Assembly: GCF_009914755.1 (NCBI RefSeq)
Contig: NC_060925.1
Strand: one strand, 5' to 3'
Source: the human T2T-CHM13v2.0 reference genome, Homo sapiens
DNA length: 64,000 bases
In this document: positions 14,979 through 27,462 of the stretch, in pieces
Layout: every line of letters begins with the position of its first letter
How positions within the stretch are numbered: position 1 is the stretch's first letter
Notes under the pieces: generated by a model
Databases searched by the model: none
What the model was told of the DNA's origin: nothing
Seen by the model: only the letters and a program-made list of their open reading frames with translations
Made by a program: the position numbers and the translations under genes

Positions 14979-15469
14979 ACCTTTGACACTAGGCATAACT
15001 AGTGGTTTGGTTAATGCAGAGGAGTATTGCTGTGGTCGCTTTCTTTTAACCAGCGTGAGAGACAGTACAAGAGAAGGTTCAGGTTCTTGTCTTGACAGAA
15101 GTCTCAGTACACCCACCTGTACTTTAGGAGAATGTGGATTGGAAGGCTCTTGGTGTTTCAGTTTTCTGAGTGGGTTTGAGTAATTATGTTGGAGACGGGG
15201 AGGGTGATGAGAGTGTAACACACTTTTTGTGGCTATAAGAGATGATAATAAAGAGTTATTAGAACATTTATTAGACACATGATAGGGAAAGTTGGTTAAG
15301 GGCCTTGAAGAACAGGCAAAGGATGTGGAATTCATGTTTTTGAGCTCTAGATGATATGATGAAAATTGTGGTTGAGGATTATTTTTCTGATCTTGAGGAA
15401 ATTCAAGTTTGAATGATGAGGATGAATGAGGTTAATCAACACTGAAATTGGAATCAAAGGCAAATTCAA

Positions 15470-15915
<446 letters not shown>

Positions 15916-16074
15916 CTACCATCATGTTTGGTTTTGACTGAATAGCTCAATTCAGAGAGACATTTCAACTTTCCCTCTGTACTTTGCAAACTGATGACGA
16001 AGATATGTTTTAAGGAACTAGCTCCCAAGTTAGTTCCTCTTACAAAGATGTACAGATTTTAAAACTGAACATGT

Positions 16075-16696
16075 GTGTGTTGCTGCTGAGAATGTAAAAT
16101 CATGCAGCTGCTTTGGAAAATGATACGACAGTTTTTCAAAAAATTAAACAAGGAATTACATATGATTCAGCAGTTCCACTTCTGGTATAAACCCAGTTGA
16201 ATTGAAAGCAGGGACTCAAACAAATATCTGTACACCCATGTTCGTAGCAACATTATTCACAGTAGCCAAAAGGTGGGAACAGCCCAGTGTCCATCATGGA
16301 TGGATGAGCAAAATGTGGTCTATGTATTTACAATGGAATATTGTTCAGAAAAGGAGTGAAATTCTGAAACAGGCTACAACATGGATGAACCTTGGAGACA
16401 TGATGCCAAGTGAAATAAGCCAGTCACAAAGGACAAATGTTGTATGGCTTTGCTTACACGAGGTACATAAAGTAATCAAACTCAGACAGGAAGTAGAATG
16501 GTGGTTGTCAGGGGCTGGAGTTGAGGGGAATGGAGAGTTATTGTTTAACATACAGAGTTTCAATTCGGGAAGATGAAAAAGTTCTGGAGATGATGGTGGT
16601 GATGGTTGCGTAGCAATGTGAACGTACTGAATGCCACTGCACACTTGAAAGTGGCTAATATAGTCAAGTTTACATGTATTTTACCATAATAAAAAT
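16075..16696 (+). mobile_element. L1MB-like ORF2 C-terminus/3'UTR
   Basis: Translation CTPMFVATLFTVAKRW..TWMNL..SEISQSQ resembles the L1 ORF2p C-terminus; ends AATAAAAA. Confidence 0.9.
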
Positions 16697-17220
16697 GGTG
16701 AACTGTCATTATCTTGCATTGTTGATGCTTTTGTTCAAATCCTGGGAAATATGATATAATAAATCTCTTCTTATGTTATTCCAGGTCTGGAAAGTGAACT
16801 CTGGTTAACTTTTCAATATCATTTTCCCCAGGAAAACAAAAGATAATGATGTTTCCTAGGCCAAACACACCTTGTTAACATTTCCATAACAAAACAGCAA
16901 ACTGTCATTTAAAGTTTATCTCACTGTTATTCTTGAGCCACAAAGAAGCAATGTTTACAGACGATTTTACACTAACAATTGGATGTGCTGGAAATGGGTA
17001 TTTGGGTGATCTCAGGGTTCGTGAACCTCAGGCTGTGGAGTGTTCTTGTTCTAGATGTCCGCTGAGAGTTTTCTTTCTCAAGGGGCTCCTAAATTAGAGG
17101 TAAGCCCCCTACCACCTGTGTGATCCCCCAGAAGTTAGAACTTTGCGCCTTCTCTGTGGCAGGGAGGAGACCTGTCCTCTCTAGAGCTGGAAGGTTGTGT
17201 GTTAACAAAGTTGAAGGCAG

Positions 17221-17728
17221 TCATATTAGTCTGTTTTCACTTTGCTGATAAAGACACACATGAGACTGGGTAATTTATAAAGACAAAGAGGTTTAATGGA
17301 CTCACAGTTCCATGTGGCTGGGGAGGCCTCACAATCATGGTGGAAGGTGAAAGTCACGTCTTACATGGTGGCAGACAAGAGAGAAAGAGAGTGAAGTGAA
17401 AGAGGAGAACTCCTATGAGACCATCAGATCTCGTGAGACTTACTCACTACCGTGAGAACAGTATGGGGGGAAACCACCCCCGTGATTCAATTATCTCCTC
17501 CCCGGTCCCTCCCACAACACGTGGGAATTATGGGAGCTACAATTCAAGATGAAATTAACCTCCTATGAAACCATCAGATCTCGTGAGACTTACTACCATG
17601 AGAACAGTATGGGGAAACTGCCCCCATGATTCAGTCATCTCCCCCTGGGTCCCTCCCACAGCATGTGGGAATTAAGGGAGCTACAATTCACGATGAAATT
17701 TGGGAGGGGACACAGCCAGACCATATCA
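17221..17728 (-). mobile_element. THE1/MST (ERVL-MaLR) solo LTR with an internal ~145-bp tandem duplication
   Basis: TATTAGTC.GTTTTCAC..GAGACTGGGTAATTTATAAAG..GGACACAGCCA.ACCATATCA matches an antisense THE1 LTR. Confidence 0.9.
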
Positions 17729-18238
17729 GCAGCCTATGGGATGTTCCCCCGAGGGCTCCACAGCCGGGTGCTCAGATTGCTGGGACTCTCTTGTCAGGAC
17801 TTCTTCCTTCTTTTTTGCCTAGGTCTTATCAGAACTAAGCCATTTGGTTTGTAATCTTTCCTGTAACACTGGCTGCAGGGTCTTTAGCCTGGATTCTAGA
17901 TTGGAGGGTACAGGGCAGCAGCCTCACAGGTGCCCATTAGCACATCCCACAAGCAGTCACGGCACTGCACTTGCACTGGAAACAGCTTCTCATTTTCCCG
18001 GGAGTACCTTCTGCCAACTTTGAGAACACCAATTCCTAATTCCTGTTCCAGTATCCACTTTGGTTTTATACATAGGACATCTTTTCCTATAAGTTTTCCC
18101 TGAATGTTTTGTTTTTTTTTTTTTTTTTTTTACATTTCTTACAGATGTCTATTAAAATCTCAGCATTCTTATAAAATACTCTTTGATTTGAAGAAAGTAG
18201 TCATTTTCCCTTAGGCTTATGATGCCTCAGTCTCCCTA

Positions 18239-19850
<1,612 letters not shown>

Positions 19851-20231
19851 ATTAGCAGAGAATAATATTGATGGCTGCTGGTCTCCCCTAGTAAACTGTG
19901 TTTCCTAAAAGGGCATACATTACTTTAAAAACATTTTTAATTTTGAGATATTTTGTAAAAATTTGATGCTCATATATCTGTCTTAAGAATTTATTATATA
20001 AATCATCCTTGAATAAACTAAGTTACATAGTTTTCAAACTCTGTCTCCTGCTAAATGATCATCTATACTGATGACTTTTTAAAATAATATAAACTTCCAG
20101 GAGGGAGGAAAGAGGTATGTTTATTTTAGGGGCCTCCAGAGCCCACAGTAACTCTTCCTTCTTGGGGAGAGGAGTCTAAAGATAACAGGCCTGAGTTTGT
20201 GAACTCTCATCTCTAGTATACTTGACTTCTT

Positions 20232-20861
20232 CTATGTATTTATTGATTGTGTGGTATCACAGATTTGGGGGGTGCGTGTGCAGGTGCACGTGTCCCGTTC
20301 TGTAGTGGTGGGGATTGGGTTTCTAGTGTACCCATCACCTCAGTAGTGAACATTACACCCAACAGATAATTTTTTTTTTACTTTTAGTCTCAGGGCACTG
20401 TGCAGGTTTGTGATACAGGTAAGTTGTGTGTCATGGGATTTGCTGTACAGATGATTTCATCACCTAGGTAGTAAGCATAGTACCCAATAGGTAGTTTTTG
20501 AGACTCACCCTTCTCTTACCCTCCACCCTCAAAGTAGGTCTTGGTGTCTGTTGTTCCCCTCCTAGTATCCATGTGTGCTCATTGTTTAGCTCCCACTTAT
20601 AATTGAGAACACACGGTATTTGGTTTTCTGTTCCTGTGTTAGTTTGCTTAGGATGATGGCCTCCAGCCCCATCCATGTTGCTGCAAAAGACATGATCTTG
20701 GCTGCATAGTGTTCCATGGTGTATATGAGCCACATTTTCTTTATCCAGTCTACTGTTGATTGGCATCTAGCTTGATTCCATGTTTGCACTATTGTGAATA
20801 GTGCTGCAGTGAACATACGTGTGCATATGCCTTTATGGTAGAATGATTTATGTTCCTTTGG
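20232..20861 (-). mobile_element. L1 3' end(s): L1PB/L1MA-like fragment plus a second short L1 3' fragment, inside one 13-bp TSD
   Basis: Minus-strand ORF CTRMFTAALFTI..WIKKMW.IYTMEHYAA matches L1 ORF2p C-terminus; TACTTGACTTCTT at 20219 and 20862. Confidence 0.88.
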
Positions 20862-20930
20862 TACTTGACTTCTTATTGCCATTGTGTTCACCAAAGACAA
20901 TCATATGACTCAGTCTGTTTCAATTGGTTT

Positions 20931-20990
20931 GAAAGCTTAGGCTTTCCTTTTTAAATAAACCGGAAAGCTTAGGCTTTCCTTTTTAAATAA
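20931..20990. repeat. 32-bp-period tandem duplication
   Basis: GAAAGCTTAGGCTTTCCTTTTTAAATAA at 20931 and 20963. Confidence 0.9.
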
Positions 20991-21034
20991 CCTTTTTTCA
21001 AAATTTCATATTTTTTTCTCATTTTAGGAATGTA

Positions 21035-21255
21035 ATAATAGTCATCATGCGTTAAGAGCTTTCAAAGAACCAGATCCTGTTCTAAACACTTTATATGTGT
21101 TACATCATTTAATGTTCACAGCAATCCTCTGAGATGTAGGTACTGTTATCATCCCAGTTTTACAGATGAGAAAACTGAAGCACAGAGAAGTCAAGTAAGT
21201 GGAGAAGCCCATGTTCAAACCTGAGTCATCTGTCGCCAGAGCGTCCCTCCACTGC
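21035..21255 (-). mobile_element. MIR SINE
   Basis: TTTTACAGATGAGAAAACTGAAGCACAGAGAAGTCAAGTAA. Confidence 0.8.
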
Positions 21256-21874
21256 GCCAGATTTATGACAACTTACTTGTTCTTTATGAAGGCAGCAACT
21301 CAGGCACAGTAGGCCAAGGCTGCCATCTGATGAAACAACTGGCAAATCAATGGCAGAGAAAGATTCAGAGCAGAGACAGGGCTGCGTCCATTGATCGTGT
21401 TAGGACCTGGACCATGGGGCGCTAGAAAATGACATGGACGCCAGAAAGTTTCTTTTTGCTGCTGACTGATCATTTATGAACTTTCCATGGACTTTTGAAA
21501 ATAATATCAAAATAATACCACTAGAATTGTTAAAGCATTCCACGTAGGACACTGGGTCATTTGATTTCTGTAGGAAAATGTGATTTTGTAGGAAGGCGTA
21601 TGGTAGTTTCTTCCATATAAGGCCATTATCTCGTCTTTGAACCTAATTTCTACTGCAGTTCAGGTTTGGAGAGGCCTAATTCATCGTGGTGGCACAGTTT
21701 TAAAATTTGCCCCTCATTTGGAATTGATTTAGAGTTTCCGTTTACATAGAGTGCTTGATGCAGGAGGCAGTTATGGAAAGGGAGGCCCTCTCTGAGCACG
21801 GTGCATGGGGTTAGAGTTGCCTAGATTTTGGTAACATAGTGACACTGCAAACAAAACTCTATGGAAACAAAATA

Positions 21875-22154
21875 ATTTTTTTTTTCTTTTTGGACACAGA
21901 GTCTTCCTCATGCAGCGGTGCAAACTCGGCTCACTGCAACCCCTTGGATTCAAGCGATTGTCCTGCCTCAGGCCCCCAAGTAGCTGGGACTACAGGCATG
22001 TGCCACCATGCCTGGCTAGTTTTTTGTATTTTTAGTAGAGATGGGGTTTTGCCATGTTGCCCAGGCTGGTCTCGAACATCTGACCTCAGGCCATCCACCC
22101 ACCTTGGCCTCCCAAAGTGCTGGGATTACAGGTGCGAGCCACTGCACCTGGCCT
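21875..22154 (-). mobile_element. Alu SINE with small internal deletions
   Basis: Antisense dimer. Confidence 0.93.
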
Positions 22155-23172
22155 GGTTTTTACTTTCAAATCTGATATTTTAGCCTGTTAGTGTTAACCA
22201 TGTTTAACTGACTCAAATGAAATGCTGGCCCTGGCTCCCATATAGCCAGAAGAATAAGAATGCTGGTAATCAGGTATTGGCGTTTCTTCAAAAAGCCAAA
22301 ATCTGTTGTAATAGAAATACTGGTAATTTCTTCACTCTGTGAAGTACATGTGTATGGGGGTGTGTGTGTGTAGGAGAGGGTTGAAGATTTTAACAGTTGT
22401 TTGCCCAAGGTTACTATATAATCTAAACATATATAAGGCTCCAAGGCATTTAGCTTATGGGGAAAATTAAATAGTGGCTATTTTATAAAGGCAACTAGTT
22501 GGGAGGCCTCAATCATTGTTACTTTTTATGGGCTCTGCTAGGATTTTATGTAGGAACCAGTGTGATCTGGGGAGGAGGGATTCCTTTACACACATCCTTC
22601 AGAAAGCCACCATTGTATTCCTGTTGCATTTGATGAATATCCCTAGTAGGTTTCTTTTCTCCACCTGCCACCTAGGTAGATCACCACTGCTGCATGTCAC
22701 TTTTACTGAAGTGAGTAAAATCTCTGCTAGTAGTGTTTTCCAATTATGCATATATTTTCTTAGTGCTTATTTGGCACTGACTTTGGGGAGTCGTAGTCTT
22801 TCTGAGATGGGAATAACATCATTTGTTTGTTGTGCCTCAGTTCCACCGTCATTTAAATAGGAGGCGTGTCGTGATGGTGGGCAACCTTGTTCCCACCTGA
22901 CCTTGTGAGATGCGCTAGGTGGATTATGGTCTTTGAACTACACATTGCTTGAATTCCTTGGGAGACGTGGGTCACATAAACAGGAGCCTGTGATTTTTCA
23001 GGATTGACGGGGAGGGGCATCTTCCTTTCCTAAATCCTTCCTTTGATCTCCTCAGCGGAGGTCACTTAAGCAACAGCTGGCTCTTCTTTGCCCCTGGGGC
23101 TCCGCTTCAGGGCCGGGGGAAGGAGGCTGAGCATGTCGAGTGCCCTGGGAAGGCCCATCTGCCTGTCAGGTG

Positions 23173-23446
23173 TTGTTTTTCCGCCAAACACCGAAAGAGC
23201 TATGTTTTGTTCCTCTTAAAGAGTTTACCATCCAGAAGGGAAAAATAAGATAGAAAGTAAATAGCTACAGCACACAGTACCTCTGAGGATAGGGGTAATA
23301 GGATTGTGGTCAAAGCAGGGTATGCTCGGAACCATTTGAGGTGACCAGCAATCATTTCCTTAAAAGAGTAGCCTTGAGAAAAGCTCTAATAGATGGGTAA
23401 GATTTTGATGGGATTTTGGTAGGAGCCAAGGAGAGTAATCAAAGTG
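23173..23446 (+). repeat. Left arm of a 274-bp inverted repeat
   Basis: Reverse complement of 24180-24453 with 7 mismatches and no gaps. Confidence 0.97.
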
Positions 23447-24019
23447 GAAAAAGGAGGGACTGGAGCCCTTGCCTGGGGCTTGAGGTTATCCTCGAGGTCC
23501 TTCAGGATGTCCTTCTGTGGCAGGAGGATGATAGAACTATTTGTTTCTAGTGTTTTGTATGGTTTTAGAGCCTTATATATTATGGTGACAGATCCAAGGA
23601 CACAATGATTTGATGGTGTCCCTGTAGGAAGACCCCGTTTAACAAGACCACTATTTTCCTGGTAAATGAGATATAAGATGTATAGTCTTTTGTTTCCTCC
23701 CAGCAGCTACTCTGTGGATACATCCTGTGAACTTCCCTTTGCAATGATTAGGATGACAGCCCCTGTCTCTAAGCTTCCACCTGGGCTCCCTAAGTCCATT
23801 TTCTTCCCATTCCTAATAGCTCTGAAAACAACCTTTCACTGTGTTTCCTCCAGCATATTTCCGAGTTGATTGTCAAGCACAGCTCTTATGATATCACTGA
23901 TCTGCTCAAAGCCCTTCCCTGGCTCTCCTGTTGAATGGTGACCTGGGTGTAAATGCCTCAGACCTCTCGGTCTCCTCCCACCTTTCCAAGCCATATCCCC
24001 TTCATTGACTGTGCTCCAG

Positions 24020-24102
24020 GCACCACCTCCAGAGTAGACCTGGGGTGGGCCTCAGAACTCGCATTTCTAACGGGTTTCCAGGTGATTTCCGAGAACCACT
24101 GC
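24020..24102. mobile_element. MER5A-like DNA transposon fragment
   Basis: CTGGGGTGGGCC..GCATTTCTAAC..CCAGGTGAT..GAGAACCACTG. Confidence 0.7.
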
Positions 24103-24179
24103 CATAGCCAAGCCAGACAGGTGTGGCTTAACGGACCTCAGAATTCTCCCTTGGATATTTTTTTAAGTGCATCTTCCTT

Positions 24180-24453
24180 CACTTTGATTACTCTCCTTGG
24201 CTCCTACCAAAATCCCATCAAAATCTTACCCATCTATTAGAGCTTTTCTCAAGGCTACTCTTTTAAGGAAATGATTGCCGGTCACCTCAAATGGTTCCGA
24301 GCATACCCTGCTTTGACCACGGTCCTATTACCCCTATCCTCAGAGGTACTGTGTGCTGTAGCTATTTATTTTCTATCTTATTTTTCCCTTCTGGATGGTA
24401 AACTCTTTAAGAGGAACAAAATATAGCTCCTTCGGTGTTTGGCGGAAGAACAA
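24180..24453 (-). repeat. Right arm of the 274-bp inverted repeat (probably decayed L2 sequence)
   Basis: Reverse complement of 23173-23446. Confidence 0.97.
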
Positions 24454-25699
24454 TTTTGAGATAAGAAATCCTACTCCTCATTGATTCTGTTCCGCATTTG
24501 GAGATGTTGGCAAGTGCGTCAAGCCACTCAGAGGGCACGGATTAGATTTTATTCATATTAGAATCCTCTGCATCACCCGACCAATTATTTGCCCACAGTA
24601 GGCCCATCATAAATATTTGGTGATTGAATAACAACCTTCTACACTCAAGATGTTGCAGGCCTGAGAAGTAAGAAGAAAGCGCTGCATAGTCTTCCTGCTT
24701 CTATTCTTGTAATCCTCTTATAAACCATGGGCCTTCTAGGAGAACAATTATTATTTTTAATGAACTGGTGTGTGGCATAGCTTAAACCTCTTTATTATCC
24801 TTCAGCACTTAGCTTTGAATAGGATTAATCAGCCAGGAAGATCTGAGGAGGGGCAGGGCAGGCTTCGTTCCCAGGTTATTGCTTTTCCAGTGAAAAGCAC
24901 TTTGAAGAGGACAGTGGAGACTGATCTTTTATTTTAATTCAATATAATTATAACTTTGTTTTTTTTACACACATCACACACACACGTGCTCACACACTTC
25001 AGAAGTCTCATGGCTAACGATGGGGCTGTGTAAGTTATTCATTAGGAAGATTTGAGAAGCAGGATCAAGCAATGGAGAAAAGGTATATATTTTTGAGGAT
25101 TTATTTTTAGTATTTGATATAAAAATGTATGAGTAATACATGCTGATTATAAAGAATGAAAATAGGACAGAAGAAGATAGAGTCAAAAGTTAAAGTGCCC
25201 CCGGGGAAGTGTATTTATATAAAGTGACACAGGAGATATTTTGAAATTTTAATGCCCAAAAGTAAAGTAAATGATGTTCACCATATAGACGACAAGTAGG
25301 CACAGTTTCACCACCCAGGATAATTAATGTGTGATTTTTCTGGTGTCCTCAAAATTATTAGCACTCCCATGCGTACTGGAGTTTCACAGATGGATTTCAC
25401 TTTCACATTTGAGCATTTCTCAGTGGTTTCCAGCCTCAGCTCTCTCTTAAGCAGATGACTTTAGCCAAGCTGAGGGCAGAAAAAGCTAAGGAATGAGATC
25501 CTGTCTTGTCTCTTCCTCCCCTGCTCCCTCCCTTCCTCCTACCACCCACACATCCTTCCCTTTTGCAGCAGATACTCGTTGAGGGCTTACTATGCTGCCT
25601 CACTGAGGCATTGTGCCAGGTGTCAGGAATACAGTGGTGAGCAAAACAGACCTCCAGTACTTGTGTTTTGGGAGATTCAAATCAGGATACCAGAGTCCA

Positions 25700-25915
25700 T
25701 GCAGTCTCTGGAGCAGACAGCCTGAGTTCAAATTCCAGATCAGTACTTACTATGCTATGTGCCCTCAGACAAGTTACTTGTGTCTCTGGCCTCAATTTCC
25801 TCATCTGTAAAATGGGAATGATAAAAGCATCTACCTCAAAGTTATTTAATATAGGGATTAAAATAAATAAAGATGTAAAGTGATTAAAACAGAGTGTAAT
25901 ATTTGGTAAGTGCTT
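25700..25915 (+). mobile_element. MIR SINE (resumes after the Alu at ~26201-26230)
   Basis: CCTCAATTTCCTCATCTGTAAAATGGGAATGATAA. Confidence 0.8.
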
Positions 25916-26200
25916 GGCTGGGTGCGGTGGCTCACTTTGGGAGGCCAAGGTGGGAGGATCACCTGAGGTCAGGAGTGCAAGACCAGCCTGGCCAACATGG
26001 CAAAACCCCGTCTCTACTAAAACTACAAAAATTAGCTGGGCATGGTGGTGGGGGCCTGTAATTCCGGCTAGTTGGGAGGCTGAGGCAGGAGAATCGCTTG
26101 AACTTGGGAGGCGGAGGTTGCGTGAGTCGAGATCGAGGTCGCACCATTGCACTTTAGCCTGGGCAATAGAGAGAGACTCCGTCTCAAAAAAAAAAAAAAA
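25916..26200 (+). mobile_element. Alu SINE
   Basis: Dimer with a deletion near the 5' end; poly(A) tail. Confidence 0.95.
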
Positions 26201-26405
26201 TTGTGAGTGCTCAGTAAATGTTGTTATTTACAGTCAGGGTGTGGGCAGACATTTAACAAATAATAATAAATAACTAGGAAGTTCTAACTGAGATAAAGGA
26301 AAGATGATGCTCTGGAGAGTGTAACGGGGGTTCTAATGTAGACCGGGGGGTCAGGAAGGCGTGGTGTGCAGCTGGTGGTGGAAAGGAAGCCCCTGCGGCA
26401 GCGTC

Positions 26406-26618
26406 GGGGGAGGTGGGAGAGTGTGGTTGCTGAGCTGAGCTGAGCTGAGGCTGCAGTCCCAAGCGGGGGTGGGGGAGGTGAGGGGGGTGGGGGGTGGGGG
26501 GTGGTGGGGGATGGTGGGGGGGTGGGGTGGGGGGTGGGGGGGTGGGCGGTGGGGGGGTGGGGGGAGGCGGGAGAGTGTGGCCGCTGAGCTGAGCTGAGCT
26601 GAGGCTGGAGTCCCAAGC
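26406..26618 (+). repeat. G-rich (G4-prone) tract 26465-26559 flanked by 59-bp direct repeats containing (GAGCT)n
   Basis: 26406-26464 vs 26560-26618 differ at 4 positions; core is mostly G-runs separated by T. Confidence 0.93.
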
Positions 26619-26659
26619 AGGGGACAGACTAGGTGGGGCCTCAGGGCATCTAAGTTCAC

Positions 26660-26775
26660 TTCATTCATTTTACAGATGAAGAAACTAAGGTCCAGAAAGA
26701 TAATTGCTTTGTCCAGATCACAGGCTGGTGACAGAGCTAAGGCAAGACGCAGGTCTCCTTACTCCTGGTGCACTG
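26660..26775 (-). mobile_element. MIR fragment
   Basis: CATTTTACAGATGAAGAAACTAAGG. Confidence 0.7.
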
Positions 26776-27044
26776 GTGAGGAAACCTTTTACCCTCAAAC
26801 TTTCATCATTTTCTGTCTCTATCAGATGCAAATCTAAATGTCCTTACACTTGTTCCTGGTAGGGTGCCCTCGTACCAACAGAGGGCAAATACACGCAAGT
26901 GTGCACATATATACTCCCCTCCCTCCTCCCTCCCTCCTCCCTTCTTGAGGGTGGTGGTGCTCAGGGTGTATGTTGGATGGTAGTGCGTAGTTGATTAGGG
27001 GAGAATTCAGGTTGCTTCTTTGTTTCCAGTTTTAAATAATCTGA

Positions 27045-27396
<352 letters not shown>

Positions 27397-27414
27397 CATG
27401 TATCCACATATCTA

Positions 27415-27462
27415 CTCATCCATCTGTCCATCCATCCATCCATCCATCCATCCATCCATCCA
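27415..27462. repeat. (CCAT)n tetranucleotide repeat at an L2 tail
   Basis: Direct read; followed by AAATATTTATTGA L2 end motif. Confidence 0.88.

Noticed and set aside
16202-16576. 124-aa ORF with recognisable protein similarity (also 20586-20900 on the minus strand)
   Set aside because: Decayed L1 ORF2p C-terminus, not a host gene
26274-26668. Proline-rich minus-strand ORFs
   Set aside because: Translation artefact of the G-rich tract
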